A stretch of 64,000 bases of DNA from Candidatus Magasanikiibacteriota bacterium (GCA_003518365.1 DOYU01000019.1:40224-104223), one strand, 5' to 3'; shown: positions 29,850-40,456, numbered from the stretch's first letter. Made by a program: numbers and translations. Notes: generated by a model not told the origin, from the letters alone.

Positions 29850-30209
29850 TTATTGCGTCAAAAATACGTGCACGATCATAAAGACGATCCCAATCGGGAG
29901 AACAAGCCACAGAACGAGCAATACGACAAGCATACTTAGAGAAAAAACCAATGCAAAAAATCTCCCAATAATATTGACAACACGCATAAAAAAACTCATC
30001 AACCTTCCCTGGATATCTGTCTGCCCGTACATGGGGGTAAACACATGACGAACCCATAATCCAGGCGCTAGCGTGGCATTGGCATCCTGCAAAAGATGAT
30101 ACAACCCAATAACAACACGTCGAAGGCCTCCGCTATACCACCACAGTGGAAAATAGAGAATATCCAAAAGGAATTGAAATATGATACGCTGAAAAACAAG
30201 AAAAAACAT
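29850..30209 (-). CDS. small membrane protein upstream of the Clp ATPase
   Basis: YFPLWWY...FTPMYGQTD..GR..SF pattern; hydrophobic. Confidence 0.75.
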   Translation of the reverse strand: MFFLVFQRIIFQFLLDILYFPLWWYSGGLRRVVIGLYHLLQDANATLAPGLWVRHVFTPMYGQTDIQGRLMSFFMRVVNIIGRFFALVFSLSMLVVLLVLWLVLPIGIVFMIVHVFLTQ

Positions 30210-30289
30210 AAAACAAATAATGTAATGAAAGTATACCAGAAATACAAAAAAACTCCCATTCGGGAGTTCAATACATGTGCACTGCACTA

Positions 30290-30637
30290 TTAATTTGCTC
30301 GTGCCACGGCCGTACCAACAGGTATCAGATACTGCATATCTGAGGCAGCAACAAGATCTGTACTCTCAAGACGTGCTTCGAGTGAATGCATCGATCGATA
30401 TGAAGCAATCTGCACATCAAGCCGTTGGTTTTCTCGCTCAAGCTCTTGAATTTCTACTTCTAAGTCACTAATGACAAAGCCTTGCGTTGAAACGGTATTG
30501 ACTTTGAAGAGATACAGTACACCAAAGAGTACAATGGCACCCAAGAGCATGGTACGAAATGTCGTGCTCACAAGCCACCGTTGCACAGCGAGTTTTTTTT
30601 CTCTAAGAGTTGGTTTTTTCTTCATGTAGGCGTTCAT
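30290..30637 (-). CDS. ftsL: FtsL-like cell division protein
   Basis: Single TM plus coiled coil, directly after rsmH. Confidence 0.65.
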   Translation of the reverse strand: MNAYMKKKPTLREKKLAVQRWLVSTTFRTMLLGAIVLFGVLYLFKVNTVSTQGFVISDLEVEIQELERENQRLDVQIASYRSMHSLEARLESTDLVAASDMQYLIPVGTAVARAN

Positions 30638-30646
30638 AGTGACAGG

Positions 30647-31552
30647 CTATGTAATTTTTTCTACGACACGTAATTTAGCAGATCGTGCGCGCGTATTTTC
30701 TTTTGCTTCACTTTCTGAAGCGACAATGGGCTTTTTTGTAATAATCTGAATCGTTTTGTTCTGTTCTGATTTAAAATAATGCTTCACAATTCTATCTTCA
30801 CCTGAATGAAATGTTATAACGGCCAGTCGTCCACCTTTTTCCAACACATCTATTGCTTGCGGCAACGCTCGTTCTATCACACCAAATTCATCGTTGACTG
30901 CAATTCTGAGTGCTTGGAATACCTTGGTCGCAGGGTGTAATCCCCCAACCCACGGGACTTCCTTGTCCGTCTTCAACTTCTTTCGGTAGACGTCTAGGAC
31001 AATATTGACCAGATCACTTGTGTTGTTGATACTTTGTTCATATGCTTTTATAGCGTGTGCTATTTCTTTTGATAATCGTTCTTCTCCGTATGTTCGAAAG
31101 ATATGTTCGAGTTTTTCTTCTGTATTATCCTGAAGCAACTCTGCCGCAGTCTTCATCTCACTATTCGGTGTATAGCGCATATCGAGTGGTTCATCTGGAT
31201 TCTGGAAACTAAATCCTCGCTTTCGCTCTTCAAACTGAGGACTTGACCATCCGAGATCCATGAGAATACCGTTCACCGGTGAAAACTTTTCATCGGCCAC
31301 AATCTTCGCAAGATGCTCAAAATTTTCTCTCACAAAGATCATTCGATTCGCATCATCGTACAAAAACTGTTTTGCCCGTGCCAGTGATTCTGGATCTGCG
31401 TCAATCCCGAGCACCAGACCGTTTGGAGCGGTATGCTTCAGCATCTTCGCCGTATGTCCCCCATCGCCAAGTGTGCAATCGATGACGTTGCTACCTGGTT
31501 TCAGTTGTAATGCATCGATCGTTTCATTGAGCAAGACTGGAATGTGTTTCAT
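30647..31552 (-). CDS. rsmH: 16S rRNA m4C1402 methyltransferase
   Basis: HIPVLL, DCTLGDGGH, DLGWSSPQ, FQALRIAVNDE, FHSGEDR, RARSAKLR. Confidence 0.97.
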   Translation of the reverse strand: MKHIPVLLNETIDALQLKPGSNVIDCTLGDGGHTAKMLKHTAPNGLVLGIDADPESLARAKQFLYDDANRMIFVRENFEHLAKIVADEKFSPVNGILMDLGWSSPQFEERKRGFSFQNPDEPLDMRYTPNSEMKTAAELLQDNTEEKLEHIFRTYGEERLSKEIAHAIKAYEQSINNTSDLVNIVLDVYRKKLKTDKEVPWVGGLHPATKVFQALRIAVNDEFGVIERALPQAIDVLEKGGRLAVITFHSGEDRIVKHYFKSEQNKTIQIITKKPIVASESEAKENTRARSAKLRVVEKIT

Positions 31553-31628
31553 ATCAATAAACAATTAACGATTAACAACTAACTTTTTTTCTATTTTTGT
31601 TAATAGTTAGTAGTTAATTGTTTATTGT

Positions 31629-32060
31629 TCACACGCCTAGTTCAGACATTTGCTCAGCAATCTTGTTACTTTCTTTTTCCGACTGTTGTGTATATGTCTC
31701 CCACGCTGTCTTATCCCAGAGTTCGAGGCGGTTGTATAGACCAGCCACTACTGTTTCTTTTGAAAGACTTGCGTATGTTCTCAGATATTCCGGCAGAATG
31801 ATTCGACCCTGCTTATCAACAGAGACATCCATCGCACCGGCGAGCATGAGACGTGCGAATGCACGTGCGTTTGCTTGGGAGAACGGGAGATTTGCGAGCT
31901 TGTCTGCGAGTTTCTTCCACTCATCTTTTGTGTAGAGAAACAAACAGTTGTCGAGCCCGCGCGTCACAACAGCCCCTTTTGAAAGAGCAGTACGAAATTT
32001 CTTTGGGACAGCGAGCCGTCCCTTTTCGTCTAGATTGTGAGAATACTCACCGATAAACAT
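31629..32060 (-). CDS. mraZ: division/cell wall cluster transcriptional repressor
   Basis: MFIGEYSHNLDEKGRL, DKQGRI, ELWD. Confidence 0.97.
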   Translation of the reverse strand: MFIGEYSHNLDEKGRLAVPKKFRTALSKGAVVTRGLDNCLFLYTKDEWKKLADKLANLPFSQANARAFARLMLAGAMDVSVDKQGRIILPEYLRTYASLSKETVVAGLYNRLELWDKTAWETYTQQSEKESNKIAEQMSELGV

Positions 32061-32180
32061 ACGTGGAAAGGAAAGTGGAGAATGATATATAGACAAGCAC
32101 GTTATATATCGCTCAGAGAAACCCATTATCCTGTAATCAGGAAAGATCTCTTCATGACTACCGAGGCAATCATGGAGTTC

Positions 32181-32215
32181 CCCACTTTTCCCCACGTATT
32201 ACCATTTTAACCCAC
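32181..32215 (-). promoter_or_regulatory. MraZ operator-like GTGG repeats with 10-bp period
   Basis: CCAC/CCAC/CCAT/CCAC at 32182, 32192, 32202 and 32212. Confidence 0.75.
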
Positions 32216-32238
32216 TTCTCTTCCCCATGCAACCACTG

Positions 32239-32283
32239 TTATCCACTTTTGGTGGATAAGTATTCTAAAAAATGTTATCCACA
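32239..32283. promoter_or_regulatory. three DnaA-box-like 9-mers
   Basis: TTATCCACT 32239, GGTGGATAA 32251, TTATCCACA 32275. Confidence 0.65.
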
Positions 32284-32351
32284 ACAAAAATTGACGTTTA
32301 TTCTTTAAAAAGATAGTATTTTTTTATCGTTCTTCAACTGGTGGAGGTTTC

Positions 32352-32828
32352 ATGATGCGACATTGGTTCGAACTTGCGATGCTCGCGGTGTTGATGGCGC
32401 TCGGCTGGACGCCCTCGGCATTCGCCGAGCTCCCGACGCCGACGACCAACGACGACGCGACGACGGCGACCATCAACGCCAGCATCGGCATGGAGGTCGA
32501 CGAGACCGTCACCAAGGTTCACAGCCTCGGCCTCGCCGAGCTGCTCGTGTCGGCTGCGCCGCCGCACTTCTTGGACAACGCCGTCCTCACCGACCGCATC
32601 ACCGTCGCGGTCGTGAAGGACTTCAACATCGGCCACGGCGCAGGAGGCCTGGGCTTCGCGGGCGACATGCCCAACGACGCCATCTCCCAGCTGCTCGACC
32701 CCGGTAACGCCAGGCTCAAGGAGGTGATTGACCGTATGGTCGGTCAGGAACCGAGCGTGGCCCCGACGTCGGCGACCCACGACACCGCCCCCACCAAGGA
32801 GGAGGGTATGGGGCAAACGCCCCACTAA
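32352..32828 (+). CDS. very GC-rich orphan secreted protein (cassette C)
   Basis: Signal peptide ending SAFA; GGAGGT SD; TTGACG-N17-TAGTAT; codons nearly all end in G/C. Confidence 0.8.
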   Translation: MMRHWFELAMLAVLMALGWTPSAFAELPTPTTNDDATTATINASIGMEVDETVTKVHSLGLAELLVSAAPPHFLDNAVLTDRITVAVVKDFNIGHGAGGLGFAGDMPNDAISQLLDPGNARLKEVIDRMVGQEPSVAPTSATHDTAPTKEEGMGQTPH

Positions 32829-33013
32829 CGGGCGTCGGCTCATCGAGCCAACGCCCTGGCGCTAACCCGCCCAGGAGGGGGGCGACGAAACGGCAGGACC
32901 ACGTGTCCTCGCTGAATCGTCGCCCCCTTCGTCTCAATTCAATAAGAAAACAAAAACCGCCCGAAGGCGATTTTTTATTTGTTCAAATTCGTTTGATTCG
33001 TCTGATTCGTGTT

Positions 33014-34360
33014 CTATTTCAACTTCCTCGTCTGCCGCTGATACGTAATCGCGAAACGATGCGCTTCATCTCGCACACGGACAAGCAGATCCTGATGCTT
33101 ATTCACCCATTTTATAAAATTTCGATCCTTCGTACCAAAGATAAACTCATTTTTCTTTCGCTCGGGCCCTTTTGCAATGCCAACCAATGGAATCTCGATA
33201 CCACATGTACGCAATACCTGCATGGCACGATTGACCTGCGGCTTTCCTCCATCAATGAGGAAAACATCAGGCAACGTCCAAACGTCTTTTTGGGGTTGTT
33301 TCGTATTATTCGTAATTCGTACATTCGGGTCATTCGTAATTGGAATGTTTGAATGGCGTAATCTCCTCACCAACACTTCCTCCAAACAATCCACATCACT
33401 CTGCCCAACCACTGATTTGATTTTAAATTTGCGATACTGACTCTTTACCGGACCATCCCTATCAAATACTACCATCGATCCTACCTTCCCAGACGAACCG
33501 AGATTAGAAATATCATATCCTTCGATACGTTTCACGCCAGCAGATTGTTCATCTTGAACAAACGATTTATTTATCAACGCAATATCATGAATCCGCTCAA
33601 GTGATGCAATCTGATTTCGGAGACGCGCTGCTTCTTCAAATGCTTGATTTTTCGACGCATCCTGCATGCGTTTTTTCAATGTTGTGATCAATCGCTTTTT
33701 TCCACCCTTCAAAAATTGCACGAGCGGCTGAATCACTTTCTGTCTATACTCCGCTGGACTAATTTCTCCCGTGCACACACCAAGACACAATCCCATCTGT
33801 CTGTACAAACACGGCTTAGCTGTTTGCTGAATCTGCTGTCTCTGCTGATTTTGCTTTTTCCGCTTTTGACAATCTGAAAGATAAAATAGTTTTCTGAGCA
33901 ATTTCATCGTCGCTTTTGTATTCAATCCTGGATATGGACCAAAAACATACGCATATTCTCCCAATTTCGATTTTCCAATTTCTAATTTCTTTTGCGCATA
34001 CTCATGCTGCCGCAACGTGGTAACAATAGGAAATTCATCTTTTGTAATGACAATGTAATTCCAACTCTTATCATCTCTCCCAAGGACATTATACTTCGGT
34101 TGTTTTTCCTTTATAGAATTTGCTTCGAGAATAATCGCTTCGAGCACGGAGTCTGTTATTTTCCATTTGATATCCACGACCTCGTAAATCATCTGTTCAA
34201 TAGGTCGCATAGTTCGCTGCCCGCGAAAATAGCTGCTCACACGACTTTTCAGCGACGTCGCCTTACCGACATATATCAATTCTTTTTTTGTATTAAAAAA
34301 AAGATAGATGCCTGGTGCGTCTGGAAGATTTTTGAGTTGGAGATCGAGATGTAAAGCCAT
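33014..34360 (-). CDS. uvrC: excinuclease ABC subunit C (no C-terminal HhH domain)
   Basis: PGIYLF, YVGKATSLKSRV, FEEAARLRNQI, IEGYDISN, IDGGKPQ, RDEAHRFAI. Confidence 0.93.
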   Translation of the reverse strand: MALHLDLQLKNLPDAPGIYLFFNTKKELIYVGKATSLKSRVSSYFRGQRTMRPIEQMIYEVVDIKWKITDSVLEAIILEANSIKEKQPKYNVLGRDDKSWNYIVITKDEFPIVTTLRQHEYAQKKLEIGKSKLGEYAYVFGPYPGLNTKATMKLLRKLFYLSDCQKRKKQNQQRQQIQQTAKPCLYRQMGLCLGVCTGEISPAEYRQKVIQPLVQFLKGGKKRLITTLKKRMQDASKNQAFEEAARLRNQIASLERIHDIALINKSFVQDEQSAGVKRIEGYDISNLGSSGKVGSMVVFDRDGPVKSQYRKFKIKSVVGQSDVDCLEEVLVRRLRHSNIPITNDPNVRITNNTKQPQKDVWTLPDVFLIDGGKPQVNRAMQVLRTCGIEIPLVGIAKGPERKKNEFIFGTKDRNFIKWVNKHQDLLVRVRDEAHRFAITYQRQTRKLK

Positions 34361-35919
34361 TATGTTACAGCATCTAATTTCTTTTTCGCCGCAGCCTGCA
34401 AATCAGCAAGCTCAGACAATCTTGCTAAATATTGTTCTCCACCAAAAAAATCAAATGTTCTTTGTATCTTTTGGATTGTTTCTCGAACTTCAGCAGCAGA
34501 AGAAATCTTATAGGGTTCTCCCTTATATTGGAATTCTTTTCTCTGAGCAGGGAGCCTCGCTATCATTGTCATAATCATAGTATCAAGAGGAGAATCAAGA
34601 TACGATGAAATATTTGGAGGATCATTATCCAGAGGATACTTCATTTTTTCCATGAGACTTTTACTTGTATCCTGATGAATATGTTGAAATGCCGTACGAC
34701 CAGTCCTCATTTCATACATCATCATCCCCAATGCATACATATCGCGATCACCACTTTCAGGAACACCGGCAAATGCTTCAGGTGCCATATATTCAAATGT
34801 CCCAGAAATCAATCCCTCATCTCTTCTTGGATCTATGATTTGCTGAGTTTGACGGACAGACTGATCAGTTTCCTCATGATCAGAAGATGTTAAGAGAATC
34901 TCTTTTTCTACTTTTTGAACATGTTTACCAGGACGCTTTTGTTTTTTTGTTGGTGGCAAAGCACCTTCGGATACAGCAAGCATTCTCGCCGCAATACCAA
35001 AATCACACACATACATATTTCCAGCACTATCAACCATCACATTAGCGGGTTTCAAATCCCTATGCACTACTCCAGCTTTATGTGCCACATCAAGAGCTTC
35101 TGCAATTTGTTCAGCAACACTCAGTATATACCCAGGAGAATGTGCACGTGTTGATTCTTCTCTCTTTTCGACAAGTTTTTTAAACAAATCAGTATCTTCT
35201 GGCAATTTTTGTGATACTTGAGATTCCCAATACCTGGCATGCCGCTGTGTGTCTAACAATTCAACCATTTCTTTTCCTCTGACAAATTCTGTCACAATGG
35301 CAACTGCTTGCAAATCCGTTCCTTGAAACTTTACTTCAATAGCTCCCTCACCTACTACATGTACGATATGATTTCCCAAAGAAGTTTCATTATTTTTCTC
35401 ACCTTTTTGAGAGGTTTGTACAGCTTTTGACAACCTTCTCAAGGTGTCAATTTCATGCCAAAGATCAAACATTTGCTTTAACTGTTCCAATTCAAGATCT
35501 TTTTTTCTCCCACGACCCATCTTTTCTTCATACTCTCGTCTACGATCCCCCAATTCTGCTATTTTTTCAGGAAGCAATGTTTTAATCGCAACTTCATACT
35601 GTTTTCCTGAGGGGTCTATTGCAATTGCACGAAAAACAACACCTTGTGACCCTTGGCCTATAGGCTTTGGATCGAATTCATATGTCCATCCATTATCCGT
35701 CACAACTTCTGGTATAGAAATGGTTTCTTTCACATGTTCAGTAGCTTGTGCTTTTTGCCATTTTTCAAAATCACGTTCTGAAAAACCGTCATCATCAAAA
35801 GAACTAGCATCAGGAGATTGCTGAATAGTATCAGGTCCAAAAGAAATAAGATCTGGTGGAATACTTTCCCCAATAGACTCAAAACTTGGTCCACCAAGAA
35901 CTTGTCGAGACATATTCAA
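34360..35919 (-). CDS. Hanks-type Ser/Thr protein kinase, cytoplasmic
   Basis: GQGSQGVV, VAIK, HRDLKPANV, DFG, GTFEYMAPE, DMYALG. Confidence 0.92.
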   Translation of the reverse strand: MNMSRQVLGGPSFESIGESIPPDLISFGPDTIQQSPDASSFDDDGFSERDFEKWQKAQATEHVKETISIPEVVTDNGWTYEFDPKPIGQGSQGVVFRAIAIDPSGKQYEVAIKTLLPEKIAELGDRRREYEEKMGRGRKKDLELEQLKQMFDLWHEIDTLRRLSKAVQTSQKGEKNNETSLGNHIVHVVGEGAIEVKFQGTDLQAVAIVTEFVRGKEMVELLDTQRHARYWESQVSQKLPEDTDLFKKLVEKREESTRAHSPGYILSVAEQIAEALDVAHKAGVVHRDLKPANVMVDSAGNMYVCDFGIAARMLAVSEGALPPTKKQKRPGKHVQKVEKEILLTSSDHEETDQSVRQTQQIIDPRRDEGLISGTFEYMAPEAFAGVPESGDRDMYALGMMMYEMRTGRTAFQHIHQDTSKSLMEKMKYPLDNDPPNISSYLDSPLDTMIMTMIARLPAQRKEFQYKGEPYKISSAAEVRETIQKIQRTFDFFGGEQYLARLSELADLQAAAKKKLDAVT

Positions 35920-36073
35920 TATGAAATAAAATTATTTACATTCTCCACAGGTAAAAAGATATATATACGCTACCAAAAAATAGCAAGCAACGCAAGCAAG
36001 CAAAAGAAGACAAATGCTACATACAATGCTATAGTCAAGAGAGAAAGATATATATTCACTAACGAAATAGCCT

Positions 36074-36592
36074 ATGAAATCACCATATCTCGTCCCGGTT
36101 CTTGTATTGTCTTCGCTTCTCTTGAGTGGCTGTGTCTACAATACTAGTAAACCGACAACACCGGCAGTATCTCCGAGTGAACAACAACCTACAACACAAG
36201 ACAAAGTAAATGACAAAGATACGATACTGTTTCTCGACAATCGAGGCCTCACAAGTGTACCGTCAGACATCTTTGATAACACGGCTATCGAAGTACTCGA
36301 TCTCTCGCACAACGATCTTACAGGTTCTCTTCCAGGAGAGATTCGTCATCTCACAAACCTCAAAACACTGGATATGAGTTACAACAATATGACAGGTATC
36401 CCGGCAGAAATCGGACAACTTCAAGAATTGGAAACGCTCAACCTCTCACACAATCAATTTACCGGTCTTCCCTACGAACTTGGCAATCTCACGCATCTAC
36501 AAACGCTCGACATCTCTGGGAATAATTATTCCACAGCAGATCTCGAAATTATAAAAAAACAACTTCCTTCGTCAGTCACGATTATAAAATAA
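36074..36592 (+). CDS. leucine-rich-repeat lipoprotein
   Basis: Lipobox LLSGC; repeated LxxLDLSxNxLTGxPxEIGxL. Confidence 0.9.
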   Translation: MKSPYLVPVLVLSSLLLSGCVYNTSKPTTPAVSPSEQQPTTQDKVNDKDTILFLDNRGLTSVPSDIFDNTAIEVLDLSHNDLTGSLPGEIRHLTNLKTLDMSYNNMTGIPAEIGQLQELETLNLSHNQFTGLPYELGNLTHLQTLDISGNNYSTADLEIIKKQLPSSVTIIK

Positions 36593-36603
36593 TGCGTGGA
36601 AAT

Positions 36604-37860
36604 TTACCGTACAAAAAAATCTAGGAAAATATACCACGAATAAATTACCAGTTTTGGAATATATTTAATTTTTAATACCGAACGAGACAAACTTTTTCGT
36701 TTGTCTTTGTTGTCACAAAATTGATCGAGAAAATGCGCTCGCTCTTCATTGATAATGTTGTACATCGCACGAAATGTTCTATCTCGTTTCATCCGATCCC
36801 AAATCCAGCGATATCGTTGTTGTCGCGTGTAGTAATCAATCAGCCATCGATGTTCATTTATTTTTTGGCGGAGTGTTTTTCCAAGATCACATCGCTCTCC
36901 ATCCAGATATCGCTCAATAAGTTTTGCAGCTTCTTTCCCAGATATCACAGACCCTTTTATTCCGTCAGCTGCAAATGCACCACAATATCCCGCAGCATCA
37001 CCGATCAAAAGCGTATTTTCAAACGATGTTTTTTTCAACACACCACCAATTGGAATAAAACTCCCAAATCGATACTCGGGTTTTTCCACTCCGGCAGGAA
37101 GAGAAACAATTTTCTTCTCTATCAATGTTTGCATAAATTGAGCGAGCAGTTTTTTTGCATCACCACGATCTTTTTTCAATTTTGCAAGACCGATACGAAA
37201 CCCAGGCTTGCCTTCAATCACTGTCGGTGAAAGCCATCCACCATAGCCAAGAGAAAATTCACCAAACCAAAAATGATAAATCGTCTCGGCAGGCATTGGT
37301 CCGAGCAACACATCGCCAACCCACACTTCTTCATATCCAAAAAGAAATGCATCAGTAGTATTGAGTTTTGGGATCGAGGCCGCTACTGATGAGTGCCCGC
37401 CATCCGCACCAACAAGAAATTTGGTAGAAACTGTTTTCACTTCTCCCCCACCTTTGAGCGTTATGGTACTGACGCCGTCCTGCGTCTTGACGCTGTAATA
37501 CGCCATGCCTGTCCACACCGTAACATTGTCTGGAAGTGTTTTTGCAAGAGCTTGTACCAATCCTTTTGTATCTGTCTGATAAATCCATGGTGCATCTGTT
37601 TTTGAGATAAAAAAATCATCATAGTTTGGCGAGACCACACAGATGGCAGAAATAGCATTCGTAATATATGTATCTATGTCAAAAAAAGACGCAAATTCTT
37701 CACGCGTGTGAGAGGTAATGAGTCCGGTAGACTCAACACTTGCCCCCGCCGCAGGCTTCGCATCGACGACCAACACCTTGTATGTTTTTGGCAAATGATG
37801 AGCCAGGGCAAGTCCAGAAAAACTTGCACCTATAATGACGACGTCAAACGTATCTTTCAT
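36604..37860 (-). CDS. FAD-dependent oxidoreductase, geranylgeranyl reductase family
   Basis: DVVIIGASFSG, VGADG, YGGW, IGDAAG. Confidence 0.82.
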   Translation of the reverse strand: MKDTFDVVIIGASFSGLALAHHLPKTYKVLVVDAKPAAGASVESTGLITSHTREEFASFFDIDTYITNAISAICVVSPNYDDFFISKTDAPWIYQTDTKGLVQALAKTLPDNVTVWTGMAYYSVKTQDGVSTITLKGGGEVKTVSTKFLVGADGGHSSVAASIPKLNTTDAFLFGYEEVWVGDVLLGPMPAETIYHFWFGEFSLGYGGWLSPTVIEGKPGFRIGLAKLKKDRGDAKKLLAQFMQTLIEKKIVSLPAGVEKPEYRFGSFIPIGGVLKKTSFENTLLIGDAAGYCGAFAADGIKGSVISGKEAAKLIERYLDGERCDLGKTLRQKINEHRWLIDYYTRQQRYRWIWDRMKRDRTFRAMYNIINEERAHFLDQFCDNKDKRKSLSRSVLKIKYIPKLVIYSWYIFLDFFVR

Positions 37861-37861
37861 A

Positions 37862-40456
37862 TTATGGAAGGTATTTTTTTAGATATGACCCAGTATGACT
37901 CTGCGTACTCTTGCGTGCCACTTCCTCTGGCGTTCCGACAGCCACGAGCGTACCACCTTTATCCCCGCCTTCTGGACCAAGATCAATGATCCAGTCAGCA
38001 CATTTGATCAAGTCCAAATTGTGTTCGATAATCATGACGGTATTTCCTTGCGACACAAGTCGTTGAATTACCTCAATCAATTTTTTTACATCCTCATAAT
38101 GAAGCCCTGTGGTAGGCTCATCGAGGAGATACAATGTTTTTGTGGTATTCCTCTTTGCAAGTTCGCGAGAAAGCTTGATACGTTGTGCTTCTCCTCCGGA
38201 AAGCGTGGTCGCAGACTGCCCGAGGGTGAGATAATCAAGTCCTACTTCATTCAATACTTTTAGCTTATCGTGAATCGGTGGAATATCCTGAAAAAATTCT
38301 TCGGCATCTTCTATGGTCATCTCGAGGATATCTGCAATACTTTTGCCAGCATAATGAACTTGCAATGTCTCTGCATTAAACCGTTTGCCTTTGCACACAT
38401 CACATAAAATCTCAACACTCGGCAAAAAGTGCATCTCAATATTCAGCACACCTTTTCCTTCACAGTTTTCACAACGTCCTCCTGGACGATTGAAACTAAA
38501 TCGCCCTTTCTTATACCCACGAATGCGCGCTTCTGGCGTCATGGTAAACAAGTCCCGAATCGCATCGTATGCTTTCGTATATGTTGCAGGATTACTTCGT
38601 GGTGTGCGACCAATAGGATTCTGATCGATCTGAATAATCTTATCAATGTATTCTATTCCTTTGATCGTCTTATGCGCACCGATGCGCTTCTCGACATGGT
38701 GCAGCTTATTTGCAACAGAACGATAGATAATGTCATGCATGAGTGTCGACTTGCCAGATCCTGATACACCAGTCAGACAGACCATCCTGCGAAGTGGGAC
38801 TTCGACTGTCAAATTTTTCAGGTTGTTTTCAGTGGCTCCGGTGATCTTCAACTTTGGCGTCGAGCTATCAACTTTTCGTCGTTTGGTTGGGACATCTATT
38901 TTTTTCTCTCCACGAAGATACTGACCCGTAAGTGATTTCTCAGCACTTCCGTATGTTTTCACGTTCGAAAATTCAGTTTGTTTTGCATGTGATATCTTGG
39001 ATTTTTTTGTTTCAAGCAACGCTTCCCGTGTTCCCGAATAGACAACATGTCCTCCATGCTTTCCCGCACCAGGACCAATGTCCACCACCCAATCACTCAC
39101 AAGAATTGTTTCTTCATCATGTTCTACAATAATAATGGTATTGCCAATATCACACAGATTTCTGAGCGTCGATACAAGCAAATCATTGTCACGCTGATGA
39201 AGCCCAATCGTTGGTTCATCCAGCACATACAATGCACCGACGAGCTGCTGGCCTACCTGAGATGCCAGACGGATACGCTGCGCTTCTCCTCCGGAGAGCG
39301 TCCCAGCAGTTCGATTGAGTGTCAGATAATGAAGTCCGACATTAAACAAAAATTGTAGTCGATTGGTAATTTCATTCAATGCGGCACTTGCAATATCGAG
39401 ATCGCGTGCATTGAGCGCATCAAACAGTCCTTCAAAAAAAAGTTTTCCTTCTTCTATCGTCAACCCCGTTACCTCCCAAATATTTTTATTATCAATTTTT
39501 ACCGCAAGTGCATTTTCATTGAGACGTTTTCCTTCACACACAGGACAGAGTTCTTCGCTAAACAATTCTCGTGTTCCAAGACCGGTACACGCAGCACAGT
39601 ATCCGTATGGGCTATTGAAACTAAACATGCGAGGTTCTATTTCTGGAAAACTATACCCATCGTTTGGACACGAATATTCTGTAGAAAAAACTTGTTCTTC
39701 GTCATCAGGATAAATCACCGTACATAGACCATTTGACAGATCAACTGCTGTTTCGATTGCTTCACCAAGACGCTGTCCATCTTCTTTCTTTTTTTCGGGA
39801 TCGAAATCAACAGTTGGAATGGTATCAACAACAATTTCAATCGTATGCTTATTATTTTTTGATAACTTAATCTGTTCACGCAGTGACTTCATCTTTCCGT
39901 CCACCCGGACTTCTAGAAATCCACTGTTATACATATCATAGAGCATCTGATAATACTCCCCTTTTCTACCACGAACCACAGGAGACAAAATTTTCAATTC
40001 TTTTGAGGTATTTTTTTTCTTTTGGTGCGTTGTCACAATACGTTCCGTAATTTCATCCGTCGTCATCTTTTCAATCTTGGTATCACATACAGGACAATGT
40101 GGCTTTCCGACACGTGCATACAACACACGCAAGTAATCGTATATTTCAGTAATCGTCGCAACGGTCGAACGTGGATTGGCACTATGCGCCTTTTGGTCTA
40201 TAGAAATAGCAGGAGAAAGTCCCAAAATTTCGTCGACATCAGGTTTTGTCATGTTGCCAAGGAATTGGCGAGCATAGGCAGACAAACTCTCGATATACCG
40301 ACGTTGTCCTTCGGCAAAAATCGTATCAAACGCAAGCGAAGACTTCCCTGATCCAGAGAGTCCTGTAAATACAATCATTTTATTTCGTGGCAACTCGAGA
40401 GAAATGTTTTTCAAATTGTGTTCTCTCGCTCCGCGAATCACTATTTTGTCTTGCAT
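37862..40456 (-). CDS. uvrA: excinuclease ABC subunit A
   Basis: [23 protein letters not shown], two LSGGEAQRI motifs; start at MQDK. Confidence 0.97.
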   Translation of the reverse strand: MQDKIVIRGAREHNLKNISLELPRNKMIVFTGLSGSGKSSLAFDTIFAEGQRRYIESLSAYARQFLGNMTKPDVDEILGLSPAISIDQKAHSANPRSTVATITEIYDYLRVLYARVGKPHCPVCDTKIEKMTTDEITERIVTTHQKKKNTSKELKILSPVVRGRKGEYYQMLYDMYNSGFLEVRVDGKMKSLREQIKLSKNNKHTIEIVVDTIPTVDFDPEKKKEDGQRLGEAIETAVDLSNGLCTVIYPDDEEQVFSTEYSCPNDGYSFPEIEPRMFSFNSPYGYCAACTGLGTRELFSEELCPVCEGKRLNENALAVKIDNKNIWEVTGLTIEEGKLFFEGLFDALNARDLDIASAALNEITNRLQFLFNVGLHYLTLNRTAGTLSGGEAQRIRLASQVGQQLVGALYVLDEPTIGLHQRDNDLLVSTLRNLCDIGNTIIIVEHDEETILVSDWVVDIGPGAGKHGGHVVYSGTREALLETKKSKISHAKQTEFSNVKTYGSAEKSLTGQYLRGEKKIDVPTKRRKVDSSTPKLKITGATENNLKNLTVEVPLRRMVCLTGVSGSGKSTLMHDIIYRSVANKLHHVEKRIGAHKTIKGIEYIDKIIQIDQNPIGRTPRSNPATYTKAYDAIRDLFTMTPEARIRGYKKGRFSFNRPGGRCENCEGKGVLNIEMHFLPSVEILCDVCKGKRFNAETLQVHYAGKSIADILEMTIEDAEEFFQDIPPIHDKLKVLNEVGLDYLTLGQSATTLSGGEAQRIKLSRELAKRNTTKTLYLLDEPTTGLHYEDVKKLIEVIQRLVSQGNTVMIIEHNLDLIKCADWIIDLGPEGGDKGGTLVAVGTPEEVARKSTQSHTGSYLKKYLP

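Noticed and set aside
32239-32283. Replication origin
   Set aside because: Only three boxes, no dnaA/dnaN nearby and no clear DUE, so it is treated as regulatory.
32334-32843. 169-aa antisense ORF and other frames in the GC-rich island
   Set aside because: Shadow ORFs caused by high GC. The + frame has the promoter, SD and signal peptide.
33014-34360. uvrC as a pseudogene because the HhH domain is missing
   Set aside because: The frame is intact with both nuclease domains and a clean stop. A short form is more likely than decay.
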